45,889 bases of DNA from a virus, in the UHGV virus genome UHGV-1372865. The stretch is one strand, 5' to 3'. Both the position numbers and the translations under genes were made by a program. Under the pieces are notes generated by a model. That model made no database searches, was not told where the DNA came from, and saw only the letters and a program-made list of their open reading frames with translations. Position 1 is the first letter of the stretch, and every line of letters starts with the position of its first letter. Positions 37,833 to 45,889 of the stretch are shown one piece after another.

Positions 37833-38285
37833 ATGAAGAAAATGGAACAGTTAGCAAATGTAAAGGCGTTTTTATGCATGGTGTTTGGAGCTATTGCTGG
37901 AGGATTTGTAAACCTGATCGGAGGATGGTCTGAGGACTTAACTACATTACTTATTTTTATGGGTGTAGATTTTGTACTCGGGTTACTGATCGCTGCCTTT
38001 TGGAAAAAGAGCAACAAATCAGAGAACGGGGCACTGAGCAGCTACTCTGCATGGAAAGGTCTGTGCAGAAAAGGGGTATCCCTACTGATCGTACTTATTG
38101 CATATCGGCTGGATGTCACTCTCGGCGTAGACTACATCCGCACAGCCGTAGTACTGGCATTTATAGCAAATGAGGGTATCTCGATTTTGGAAAATGTTGG
38201 AATTATGGGTGTGAAATATCCGGAAGCGTTAAAAAAAGCACTGGATGTTTTAACAAATAAATCACAGGAGCAGGAGGGCGAGTAA
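37833..38285 (+). CDS. Holin (phage_holin_4_1-like, multi-TM)
   Basis: AAAGGAAAGTGAGGAtATG; TM segments FLCMVFGAIAGGFVNLIGG, LLIFMGVDFVLGLLIAAFW, GVSLLIVLIAY and VVLAFIANEGISIL; charged C-terminus. Confidence 0.7.
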   Translation: MKKMEQLANVKAFLCMVFGAIAGGFVNLIGGWSEDLTTLLIFMGVDFVLGLLIAAFWKKSNKSENGALSSYSAWKGLCRKGVSLLIVLIAYRLDVTLGVDYIRTAVVLAFIANEGISILENVGIMGVKYPEALKKALDVLTNKSQEQEGE

Positions 38286-38380
38286 TCGTCCTCTTTTGTA
38301 GATTTTATTAACACTAATCTTACTTGCGGAAACAGTGCAGATGGTATATAATAAACGTATTATATATGGCGGTGCATACA

Positions 38381-39088
38381 ATGGAATTAAACGATATTAC
38401 AGTTTTTGTGGACGAATCTGGAACGATTGGTAAAGGTACGATAAAAGAGAATGACTTCTTTATTATCACGCTCTTATTTGTTAAAGATGAAGACATAAAT
38501 CATATTAAAAAAGTATTTAAAAAGGAACGGCTAAAAATTGTTAATAAAAAGGATACGCTCAAAGAACAGTTAAGGAACAATAAAGAGGTAAAGGGGTCAG
38601 AGCTTAGTGAGGTAGAAAAAAGACAAATATATGAAAAGCTAATCGAAAAGTGCGGCGATAAGTTCGAAATAGCTGTGATTGTGATGAATAACAGAAAAGC
38701 TACAGTAAAATTCAGATCGAATTCATCTAGAGCATTTAACTACCTTATAAAAACTTTTTTAGAAAAGCATTTCAAGAAAAGAAGCAAGTTCAAAGAGTTG
38801 AGCCAAATACATTTTGTTATTGACGAGAGGAATGTTGCGACAGAGTCAAAATATACTTTACAGGAATATTTGAATACAGAATTGAATTTAGTGGAATCAT
38901 TTGCGGAAAAAGATATAGTTGTTCATTATTATGATTCAAAAAATTATTTGTTACTGCAACTAGCAGATTTTATTTCAAATACTTTTTACAGATATAGGCA
39001 AAAAAATATCGCAGAATCAAAAGATAATGTAAAAATGTTACTAAATCAGACAAGTACAAATAAAATATTCAAATTTCCGTATTATTAA
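38381..39088 (+). CDS. DUF3800-family protein (N-terminal VFVDESG motif) of unknown function, AT-rich
   Basis: MELNDITVFVDESGTIGKG.. is the DUF3800 hallmark; GC content is visibly lower than the flanking lysis genes. Confidence 0.55.
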   Translation: MELNDITVFVDESGTIGKGTIKENDFFIITLLFVKDEDINHIKKVFKKERLKIVNKKDTLKEQLRNNKEVKGSELSEVEKRQIYEKLIEKCGDKFEIAVIVMNNRKATVKFRSNSSRAFNYLIKTFLEKHFKKRSKFKELSQIHFVIDERNVATESKYTLQEYLNTELNLVESFAEKDIVVHYYDSKNYLLLQLADFISNTFYRYRQKNIAESKDNVKMLLNQTSTNKIFKFPYY

Positions 39089-39195
39089 AATTGATTATAC
39101 ATATAATTTAACTGGCAGTTGTTATATAAGTCCATGTTTTGACACATTTGTGCTTGGGAGATATCCTCGAATATGGCGTAACAACTGTTTTATTG

Positions 39196-39224
39196 TTGAC
39201 AATTACGAAAAAACATGCTAATAT
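39196..39224 (+). promoter_or_regulatory. Strong sigma-A promoter upstream of the 88-aa gene and the endolysin
   Basis: TTGACA, 17-nt spacer, TAATAT. Confidence 0.65.
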
Positions 39225-39305
39225 TTGTTTAACAAAATAAGTCCTTATAAACCGCAAGAGATTGTAAGCAGTATGTACTACTGTCGGAGTAAGGCATTGC
39301 CAGAA

Positions 39306-39334
39306 GAACACCTCAGCTATGGGGTGTTTTTTGT
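39306..39334 (+). terminator. Intrinsic terminator / attenuator hairpin inside the roughly 180-nt leader
   Basis: AACACC-tcagctatgg-GGTGTT followed by TTTTTTG, about 80 nt upstream of the ATG at 39415. Confidence 0.5.
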
Positions 39335-39414
39335 TATACATATAGTGAATGCGTAGGGAGCTTGGAAACAGGCTCTCTTTTATTGTGCGATTGCACGGGA
39401 AGGAATAAAGAATT

Positions 39415-39681
39415 ATGGGTAGTAGAGAATTTTTAAACATTTGTAAAGCAAAGGTGGCAGATTATTTTAATCAGAATAAAGACAAGACGGATACGTCTGG
39501 CAACATGACTTCGGATGATGTATTTGTAGTTTGGTATTGCAAGACACTGCAAAATCACAAGGCGTTACTTAGTACGCCAGTGAGTGACGGTATGTATCAT
39601 GAGATCACATACAATGGAGACAAAAACGAGTTATATTTTGATGCTTACAAAAAGTGGGAAAACATTAAATACGATATGTAA
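39415..39681 (+). CDS. Hypothetical protein (88 aa, no TM), first gene after the promoter
   Basis: GGAAGGAAtaaagaattATG. Confidence 0.5.
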   Translation: MGSREFLNICKAKVADYFNQNKDKTDTSGNMTSDDVFVVWYCKTLQNHKALLSTPVSDGMYHEITYNGDKNELYFDAYKKWENIKYDM

Positions 39682-39714
39682 GTTGTGCGTCATCGCGCAG
39701 GAAGGAGAGAAAAT

Positions 39715-40692
39715 ATGAGTATTTGTCGTGGAGTAGCAGGAAACAGAGGAAGAAATCCGGTAGGAATCTTTTTTCACAATGACGCTGGAAGCAAGAACGC
39801 CAATGCAGAATTTTACAGAAATTGGTTACAGACACATCCTCTGGAAAACGGATTTGCGCACTATTATGTAGCACAGGATGGCATCTTACAGGCAGAGGAT
39901 GATATGAATTGTGCATGGCACTGCGGAGACACAAACGGGAACTTAAATTATCTTGGCATCGAAACGTGTCAGAGTATGGGCGATCTGGATGTATTTAAAG
40001 CAAATGAGGAAAAAGCATTGCAGTTGGCAGCGCAGAAGTGCAAGCAGTATGGAATCACACCAAGCACAAGCACGATAAGGCTACATCAGGAAGTGTATGC
40101 CACATCATGCCCTCACAGATCTGTGGAGATTCACGGTGGCAGAGAAGCTACAAAGTCCTACTTTATCAAACGGATTAAGGAGTACATGGGTGGTAATGTC
40201 ACGCCACCAACTTACGTATCTGGTGGACAGGGATCCGGACAGGCATCGGCGTCACAGCAGCCGGAAGTAGTATTTACCTACGCTGTCAAGCTGGAGGACG
40301 GACGCATCTTGCCGTTTGTACGGAATCTTACAGACTTTGCCGGAATTCAGGGTAAGAAAATCACAGACGTGGCTATCAAGGTAGACAAGGGATCCGTAAA
40401 ATACAGAGTCCACGTGATTGGCAGAGGGTGGCTGCCTTATGTGACCGGATGCAACTGGAAAGATCACAATAATGGTTATGCCGGTACAGGACAGCCAATT
40501 GACGCAATCGAGGTGTACTACAATACTCCAGCAGATTATGCGGCAAAATACGGCTACCAGAAAGCCCAGTACCGTGTCAGCCCTGTAAATGGAGCTTACT
40601 GGTCATGGCAGTATGATAACGAGACTGGAAACGGACAGGACGGATATGCTGGAGCGTTCGGACAGGCAATCGATCGGTTCCAGTTGTTCTAA
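39715..40692 (+). CDS. Endolysin: N-acetylmuramoyl-L-alanine amidase (Amidase_2/PGRP) with C-terminal CW_7-like cell-wall-binding repeats
   Basis: ..GIFFHNDAGS..HYYVAQDG..CAWHCGD..NYLGIETCQS..YATSCPHRS.. amidase_2 motifs; C-terminal GYAGTGQPIDA / GYAGAFGQAIDRF repeats; GGAAGGAGAGAAAAtATG. Confidence 0.85.
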   Translation: MSICRGVAGNRGRNPVGIFFHNDAGSKNANAEFYRNWLQTHPLENGFAHYYVAQDGILQAEDDMNCAWHCGDTNGNLNYLGIETCQSMGDLDVFKANEEKALQLAAQKCKQYGITPSTSTIRLHQEVYATSCPHRSVEIHGGREATKSYFIKRIKEYMGGNVTPPTYVSGGQGSGQASASQQPEVVFTYAVKLEDGRILPFVRNLTDFAGIQGKKITDVAIKVDKGSVKYRVHVIGRGWLPYVTGCNWKDHNNGYAGTGQPIDAIEVYYNTPADYAAKYGYQKAQYRVSPVNGAYWSWQYDNETGNGQDGYAGAFGQAIDRFQLF

Positions 40693-40697
40693 TAAAA

Positions 40698-40727
40698 ACC
40701 CCCTCGGAGATCAGCTCTCTGAGGGGT
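40698..40727. terminator. Hairpin between the convergent endolysin and integrase genes
   Basis: CCCCTCGGAGA-tcagc-TCTCTGAGGGG. Confidence 0.45.
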
Positions 40728-40847
40728 GAATATTGTATCATTTTCGTGTATATTTATAATATGTAAAAATATTATAGGTTATTGCTATTTGGTGGCCCGG
40801 ATTGCAGTAACCTATAACATATCCGTAAACCCTTATAAACAGAGGGC

Positions 40848-42266
40848 TCACGAGATATAAAGGTGGAAGATCAGTTTGCCGTTTTTCTTGTCATAAACGA
40901 TATCCTCTACCAAACTTCTCATAAAAATGCCTTTCGTATCATAGTCTATCGCATCATTTTTAATCACATCGTATACAGTTTGCACGTTCTTGAGCACATC
41001 AGATTTTGTTTTCGTATCTCCATTATTCTTGTCGAGATTTTCCAGTTGCATCAAAATATCTTCCCTGTCTTTTTGCAGACGCTCTTTGTTCCGTTTATAT
41101 TCTTCCAAAGTATCTACTTCATTCTCATAAGCGAGACGGATCCGTTTCTCCCTGTTGGAAATTTTATCAAGTTCAGACAAGAGTGATTCACGTTCTGATA
41201 TCTTCTCACCGGTCTCGGCAGAGTGGTAAGAGTATTCAAAATCCATACCGGAAAGAAGTTTTTCAAAATACTCTTCCAGTGCAGCGATCACTTTTTTCTC
41301 TGATATCGAACAGGATTCGGTATGTACTCCTTTGCTGTACTTATAGCACTGGAAACCAGGTGAGTGCCTGTTTGCGCCATTGTAGGCGAGAGAGGCCCCG
41401 CAGTATCCGCATTTTAAAATCCCTGATAACCAATGTTTACATGAGGATACATCACGGCGTTTCAGTGGCCTATATGTAGTTTGTATCTTTTTCATGCGGG
41501 CTTCGAAGCGTTCTTTTGAGTAATGGACTTCATGCGTTCCCATGAATGTTATCCCATTCCACGCGACAAGACCATAATAGAATGGATTTTTCAAGATTCT
41601 TTCTACGCTACGGGATTCGAAAGGGTTCCCTCGTCTTGTGCGGACTCCCATATCGTTTAGCTTTCTTGTTATCTTTGTGGTATCTGAGTTGTGGTAATCA
41701 AATTCATCACAGATAAAATCCACGACCTTCATTTCATCCGGATCAATTTTATAAGGATCTCCGTTTCCAACAGCACGATACCCAAAAGGTGGGGACATCT
41801 GGTATCCTTTTTTTGTAGCCTTTTCTTTCATCCCTCTTAGGACTTCGCCAGAAAGCCGGATAGAGTAGTATTCATCCATCCATTCAATGATTCTCTCGAT
41901 TAAAGAGCCGAATGGACCATCTATCAAAGGTTCTGACACACTCACAACATCAACGTTGCTTTGCTTCCGCAGCAGGGATTTGTATACGATAGATTCTTCT
42001 TGATTTCTTGCGAATCTGCTGAATTTCCAAACCAGAATCACATCAACCGGATGATCGGATGATTTTGCAAGCCCGATCATTTTTTGAAATTCCGGCCGTT
42101 TATCGGCTTTTCTTCCTGATATCCCAATCTCAAAGAAAACTTTCAAAATGATAATATTGTTTTTGGCAGCATATTCCCGTAATAGTTTCTCTTGCGAATC
42201 CGGAGAAAGTTCTTCCTGCTTATCAGTGGATACACGGACGTAACCATAGGCATATCTTGCGCTCAT
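40848..42266 (-). CDS. Large serine recombinase (phage integrase)
   Basis: N-terminal resolvase catalytic motif YAYGYVRVSTDKQ..SPDSQ; recombinase domain; Zn-ribbon CGYCG..C; coiled-coil C-terminus; 472 aa. Confidence 0.9.
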   Translation of the reverse strand: MSARYAYGYVRVSTDKQEELSPDSQEKLLREYAAKNNIIILKVFFEIGISGRKADKRPEFQKMIGLAKSSDHPVDVILVWKFSRFARNQEESIVYKSLLRKQSNVDVVSVSEPLIDGPFGSLIERIIEWMDEYYSIRLSGEVLRGMKEKATKKGYQMSPPFGYRAVGNGDPYKIDPDEMKVVDFICDEFDYHNSDTTKITRKLNDMGVRTRRGNPFESRSVERILKNPFYYGLVAWNGITFMGTHEVHYSKERFEARMKKIQTTYRPLKRRDVSSCKHWLSGILKCGYCGASLAYNGANRHSPGFQCYKYSKGVHTESCSISEKKVIAALEEYFEKLLSGMDFEYSYHSAETGEKISERESLLSELDKISNREKRIRLAYENEVDTLEEYKRNKERLQKDREDILMQLENLDKNNGDTKTKSDVLKNVQTVYDVIKNDAIDYDTKGIFMRSLVEDIVYDKKNGKLIFHLYIS

Positions 42267-42530
42267 TTTAGATCATCTCCTCATTTAATTTATGTAAAAA
42301 TAGGTACAAAAATAACAGCCAGCACATGAACAAATGTTCTGGATTGTGTAGCTGTCCCGAAGATGATACAATATTCTTGGCTTCAGATTGCATATCTTCG
42401 GATATGTATTACCGTCTCGGTGTTGGTAGCACCGGGGCGGTTTTTATTTTATTCTCCTAAAGAATTTAATGAATTCATTATGTCTTCTGTGCTCATTCCG
42501 GCAGCAGAGTCAGTGTACTTTTTGACGCGG

Positions 42531-43496
42531 TTATATTATTTTAGCTCCTTTTTTACGGTTGCAACGCCAACAAAGAGTCTGAAGATTATCTTCTGTTGTC
42601 AGTCCACCTTTAGAAATTGGAACTATATGGTCTATCTCAAGCAGTAAATTTGGTTCTTTCTCTACGGATGCACCGCAGTTTTTGCATGTAAATTCATCAC
42701 GTTCTTTAATTTTCTGTCTCAGCTTACTTGTCATGAGTGCTCGTTGGCCGGCTGCGCTTTTATTGAATTTTATTTTTTCCGAAAGAAATATCACAAAACG
42801 ATTCAGATTATCAATATCCATCACAACATCGCACTGAGTAGAAGCATTTCCACCAGGGCTTACATATTTAAAAATATACTTCGGAAAATACGCAGTCCCC
42901 ATATCAATTTCATCAAACCCGAGTTCTCTTTCAAGCTTTGTTTTACCTATTTTCCTTATAAGTAAGGGAACTTCACTCTGAATACTTTCAATTATTCCGT
43001 TTTTTTCCGTTTTTAGTTTAGTTTTTCCCTCTTCAGCAGCTTCAAAATTATTCAGAATATTTTCGAAAGCAGACAAATTTTCTTCAGTCGCCTTTATTCC
43101 GAAATATTTACATATATACTCAAACGGCTTTTTCTTTGCATTATTGCACACAGTACGAGAGCAGTCGTGGATGTTCGGCAAATACTCCTGATTATTTAAG
43201 TGTTTCCGCTTGTAGTTCCATTTACTCCTATCTCTATAAAGCGCGTCGCCATAGTCTGTTTGGGTCGAAACAAGTTGTGTATGTTTCAGACGTTCGATAT
43301 GACCGTTCAATTCGTTGCAATCATTTATGTATGACTCTATTCTATCTTTTATTTGTAAAAACTTTCCACTTTTATAATAAAATAGTTCATACATCTTCCA
43401 CGCAATAAAAATAAGCGCCAATACTACAAAAACAGGCCATATTTCAATTGCGACTCCAATAATTATCAGCACAATAATAAAACCTATAAATTGCAT
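42531..43496 (-). CDS. Membrane-anchored HNH nuclease: N-terminal two TM helices, a central domain of about 200 aa, and a C-terminal HNH
   Basis: MQFIGFIIVLIIIGVAIEIWPVFVVLALIFIAW (2 TM); C-terminal CKNCG..EIDHIVPISKGGLTTEDNLQTLCWRCNRKKG (HNH). Preferred start is the M with the AAGAGGGAAActaATG RBS. Confidence 0.65.
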   Translation of the reverse strand: MQFIGFIIVLIIIGVAIEIWPVFVVLALIFIAWKMYELFYYKSGKFLQIKDRIESYINDCNELNGHIERLKHTQLVSTQTDYGDALYRDRSKWNYKRKHLNNQEYLPNIHDCSRTVCNNAKKKPFEYICKYFGIKATEENLSAFENILNNFEAAEEGKTKLKTEKNGIIESIQSEVPLLIRKIGKTKLERELGFDEIDMGTAYFPKYIFKYVSPGGNASTQCDVVMDIDNLNRFVIFLSEKIKFNKSAAGQRALMTSKLRQKIKERDEFTCKNCGASVEKEPNLLLEIDHIVPISKGGLTTEDNLQTLCWRCNRKKGAKII

Positions 43497-43547
43497 TAGT
43501 TTCCCTCTTTTCCCCTGCATTTCGCGTTATTTTATAATGTGGTTATA

Positions 43548-44603
43548 CTACTCCATATATCTTTTCACAACGGTAATCAGCTGATCACGATATTTATATA
43601 GATCATTGAGTGTTTCGATGTAAAAACGTTCCATTTTCTTATTTTCATCTGGAATGAATAATTGCTTGTTTTTCTTGTCGAGATTTATCCTACAAATAGG
43701 CTTTCTATTATTATCTTTGTACAAGATTCCAAAGTAGCTCTCTGTATCTCTATGTACTACATCGTTAACATCTACGGTTCCGGCGAGCATACCTCTTACA
43801 ATGTAGAATGATTCGATTTCTTCTTCCGTAGTTACGATTTTTGATACGGGTTCTTCTGTGATTTCTTCTGTTTCTGTTTTTTCATCATCATTATCCTTTG
43901 ATAAAGCAGAAGATATCTTGTTATTCACGATTTCATTCACAAATGAGGAGAACGCCCTTTTTACAACAGGAGTGAATTTTTCTATCACTCTTTGGTTCTT
44001 CTGTCCGTCATATATATTCGTGAGTACAAGCCTTACAAATTCTTCTGATGGTGATTCAAATTCATCTGACAACACACCTTTTATGAGCGAACTATATTTC
44101 AACTCTTCAGCTGTGCTGAATATTTTTTCTCTGTCGAAATTTTCCTTGCAAAACTTCCTTAATTCATTTATGGAAGAGTCTTTTAGGCTGAGCATGTTTA
44201 TTTCAAGGAATGGAACCAGATCCATTTTATTCGCTTCTTCCAAATCCGTGTAAAATCTGTATATAATCCCGTTTGTCAGAATGCCGAATTTGGCAGGAGA
44301 CGTTCCAAAATATCTGAATAGTTGTGAAGAATGTTTATCTAGCTGTTCGGAACAACTTTTGCATTCAATTAGAATGTTTGGTTCTCCATTATCCAAAATT
44401 GCATAGTCAACCTTTTCCCCTTTTTTAATGCCAACGTCCGCTGTATATTCCGGGCAAAACTCCAGTGGATTGAATACATCGTACCCAAGTATCTGAAACA
44501 TAGGGACGATTAAAGACATTTTTGTTGCCTCTTCGGTAGATACAGTATCTTTCATCAGTGATACGCGCTCCGAAAATTGTTTAATAGATTCGATAAACTC
44601 CAT
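43548..44603 (-). CDS. HsdR-N-like PD-(D/E)xK nuclease-fold protein with an acidic linker and a C-terminal domain of about 90 aa
   Basis: ..TKMSLIVPMFQILGYDVFNPLEFCPEY..VDYAILDNGEPNILIECK..KFGILTNGIIYRFY matches the type I HsdR N-terminal (HSDR_N_2) pattern; RBS AAAAAGGAGGAAAtATG at the internal Met. Confidence 0.65.
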   Translation of the reverse strand: MEFIESIKQFSERVSLMKDTVSTEEATKMSLIVPMFQILGYDVFNPLEFCPEYTADVGIKKGEKVDYAILDNGEPNILIECKSCSEQLDKHSSQLFRYFGTSPAKFGILTNGIIYRFYTDLEEANKMDLVPFLEINMLSLKDSSINELRKFCKENFDREKIFSTAEELKYSSLIKGVLSDEFESPSEEFVRLVLTNIYDGQKNQRVIEKFTPVVKRAFSSFVNEIVNNKISSALSKDNDDEKTETEEITEEPVSKIVTTEEEIESFYIVRGMLAGTVDVNDVVHRDTESYFGILYKDNNRKPICRINLDKKNKQLFIPDENKKMERFYIETLNDLYKYRDQLITVVKRYME

Positions 44604-44662
44604 ATTTCCTCCTTTTTGTACCTCACACCACTTCATTCTATATAAACGCTGTAGCGATTATA

Positions 44663-45103
44663 TCATTCAAAATCTTTCAATCTTAATTCAATCATTCTTT
44701 TATGATAACCGAATAATCTAGATAATTGATCAGTAGTAAAATCCAGATGTTCTTCAATATCAGAATCTTGGATAAGTAAATTCAAAGCGAAACGATCAGC
44801 TTCCGTTTCAAATTTACTTGTCACAAAATTTGTTCTCGTATCCATGAATATAGCATTGCTATCTTTATGTAAGAACAAATGGCCAAGTTCATGAGCGATT
44901 ACAAATAATAGTTCATTCTCTGGCAATCGTTCATCCACGTATATGATGTGGTTCCTCTGAAAATAGTGGTAGAACCCACGAACTCCGTCTAATGGATGGA
45001 AAACAAGTATTGCATCCATTGCCTTTACAATTTCAAGAGGATTTCTTGTGCCGTATTTTTGAACGATTTCATTCACACGTTCCTTAATATCCATAAGTAT
45101 CAA
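44663..45103 (-). CDS. ImmA/IrrE-family metallopeptidase
   Basis: HEXXH motif VIAHELGHLFLH; overlaps the cI-like gene (ATGA). Confidence 0.8.
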   Translation of the reverse strand: MILMDIKERVNEIVQKYGTRNPLEIVKAMDAILVFHPLDGVRGFYHYFQRNHIIYVDERLPENELLFVIAHELGHLFLHKDSNAIFMDTRTNFVTSKFETEADRFALNLLIQDSDIEEHLDFTTDQLSRLFGYHKRMIELRLKDFE

Positions 45104-45558
45104 TCCTTTTTATACTTTTTAGGCGTATATTTCTCTTTGTTCTTTTGTTTTGCCATTTCCATTCCAATTCTCATAGCTGAGAGAATAGAATCTATTGCTT
45201 CTGGGGATGCTGGATCGCCATCAAACATCAGGCCGTCTTGTTTAAGCAATGCTTCTGTATCATTCAAAATCGCTTCTATTTGTTTGGAATCTCTTTTTGT
45301 AAGAGAAGTATTGCCAGTTGCTTTTTGACGTTCCGGCTCTTTTCCTGTTTGTAAATACTCAACTGATACGCCAAAATAGTCGGCGATTTTTTGCATTTTA
45401 TCAATTTTAGGAGTACTTAGTCCACGTTTCCAATCGCTTAGAGTTGACTGCGAAACTCCTGTTTCCTTACTCACCTTATAAGGAGTTACTCCGTTTTTCT
45501 GTAGTAATTCACTAAAAACCTCATACATAATTTGTTCACCTTTCATAAAAATAAACAA
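45100..45558 (-). CDS. cI-like XRE-family repressor
   Basis: N-terminal HTH ..TPYKVSKETGVSQSTLSDWKRG..; divergent from the cro-like gene. Confidence 0.8.
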   Translation of the reverse strand: MFIFMKGEQIMYEVFSELLQKNGVTPYKVSKETGVSQSTLSDWKRGLSTPKIDKMQKIADYFGVSVEYLQTGKEPERQKATGNTSLTKRDSKQIEAILNDTEALLKQDGLMFDGDPASPEAIDSILSAMRIGMEMAKQKNKEKYTPKKYKKD

Positions 45559-45584
45559 TACTAAAGAAAACCGATAAAAAGTAA

Positions 45585-45613
45585 TTGACTAAATCGGATT
45601 CACGTAGTAATAT
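45585..45613 (+). promoter_or_regulatory. Rightward (PR-like) promoter in the cI/cro intergenic switch
   Basis: TTGACT, 17-nt spacer, TAATAT. Confidence 0.5.
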
Positions 45614-45749
45614 ATGAGCATACACAAGAAAACCGTTGCAGTTTTCGGTGTATATGCTACGAACTGTTTATATATTTTGCTTGACAACCGAAGTATATCA
45701 CATTTTCGTAGTAATTGCAACAACTCAAGATGTGAAAGGTGGTGTGAAA

Positions 45750-45889
45750 ATGTACCAAAGATTTTTAGAACTATTGTGCAAAACAAACAAAACTCCGTAT
45801 CGTGTGTCAAAAGATACAGGGATATCGCAATCTGCATTATCCGACTGGAAAACAGGGAGAAGCAAGCCGAAAGCAGATAAGCTAAAAAT
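45750..45889 (+). CDS. Cro-like XRE-family HTH regulator, N-terminal part; continues into bases 1-48
   Basis: GAAAGGTGGTGtgaaaATG; ..TPYRVSKDTGISQSALSDWKTG.. HTH; the ORF stays open to the window end. Confidence 0.7.
   Translation, partial: MYQRFLELLCKTNKTPYRVSKDTGISQSALSDWKTGRSKPKADKLK

Noticed and set aside
39108-39440. 110-aa minus-strand ORF spanning the DUF3800-endolysin intergenic region
   Set aside because: It runs across a consensus + strand promoter and attenuator; it has no RBS and is AT-rich low-complexity.
40863-41479. Two + strand ORFs (107 and 157 aa) overlapping the serine recombinase
   Set aside because: They are antisense to a gene with unmistakable resolvase and recombinase motifs.
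42363-42647. 94-aa + ORF overlapping the 3' end of the 2TM-HNH gene and the intergenic inverted repeat
   Set aside because: There is no RBS, and it overlaps a better-supported minus-strand gene.

Overview
This window reads as a complete temperate siphovirus genome of the Firmicutes/Clostridia type, about 45.9 kb, and appears to be closed into a circle: the cro-like HTH gene that starts at 45750 runs off the right end and continues in frame into bases 1-48 (...KADKLK|ILADYFGVSVEYFLE*). Gene order is: the cI/cro switch; early genes including a BRO-N antirepressor, an 18-bp tandem-repeat protein, a Gp157/Rad52-like/NinB-like/RusA recombination module, a replisome organizer and a DnaC-like loader; many small Cys-rich early genes; an ArpU-like late activator and tRNA-Asn; then terS, terL, portal, a MuF-like minor head protein, scaffold, capsid, head-tail and tail genes, two tail-assembly chaperones, a tape measure of 1405 aa, Dit, and a 1653-aa collagen-like Tal/fibre; then holin, amidase endolysin, a large serine recombinase, and the ImmA/cI lysogeny operon. 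Accessory (moron) content stands out in three places. First, a leftward operon downstream of cI-ImmA encodes an HsdR-N-like PD-(D/E)xK protein and a 2TM-HNH nuclease, and is the best candidate for an undescribed lysogen-expressed defence system. Second, an AT-rich DUF3800 insertion with its own sigma-70 promoter and a leader attenuator splits the holin from the endolysin. Third, an island inside the tail module carries a Rha antirepressor, a promoter-driven lipoprotein with a tandem C-terminal repeat (candidate superinfection exclusion), and a second Rha-like antirepressor. Other points of note are a MuF C-terminal HExxH extension followed by a Zn-ribbon gene, a frameshifted small HNH-like pseudogene, a tRNA-like minihelix, a 37-bp element shared upstream of the scaffold and tape-measure genes, and candidate attP and pac inverted repeats.
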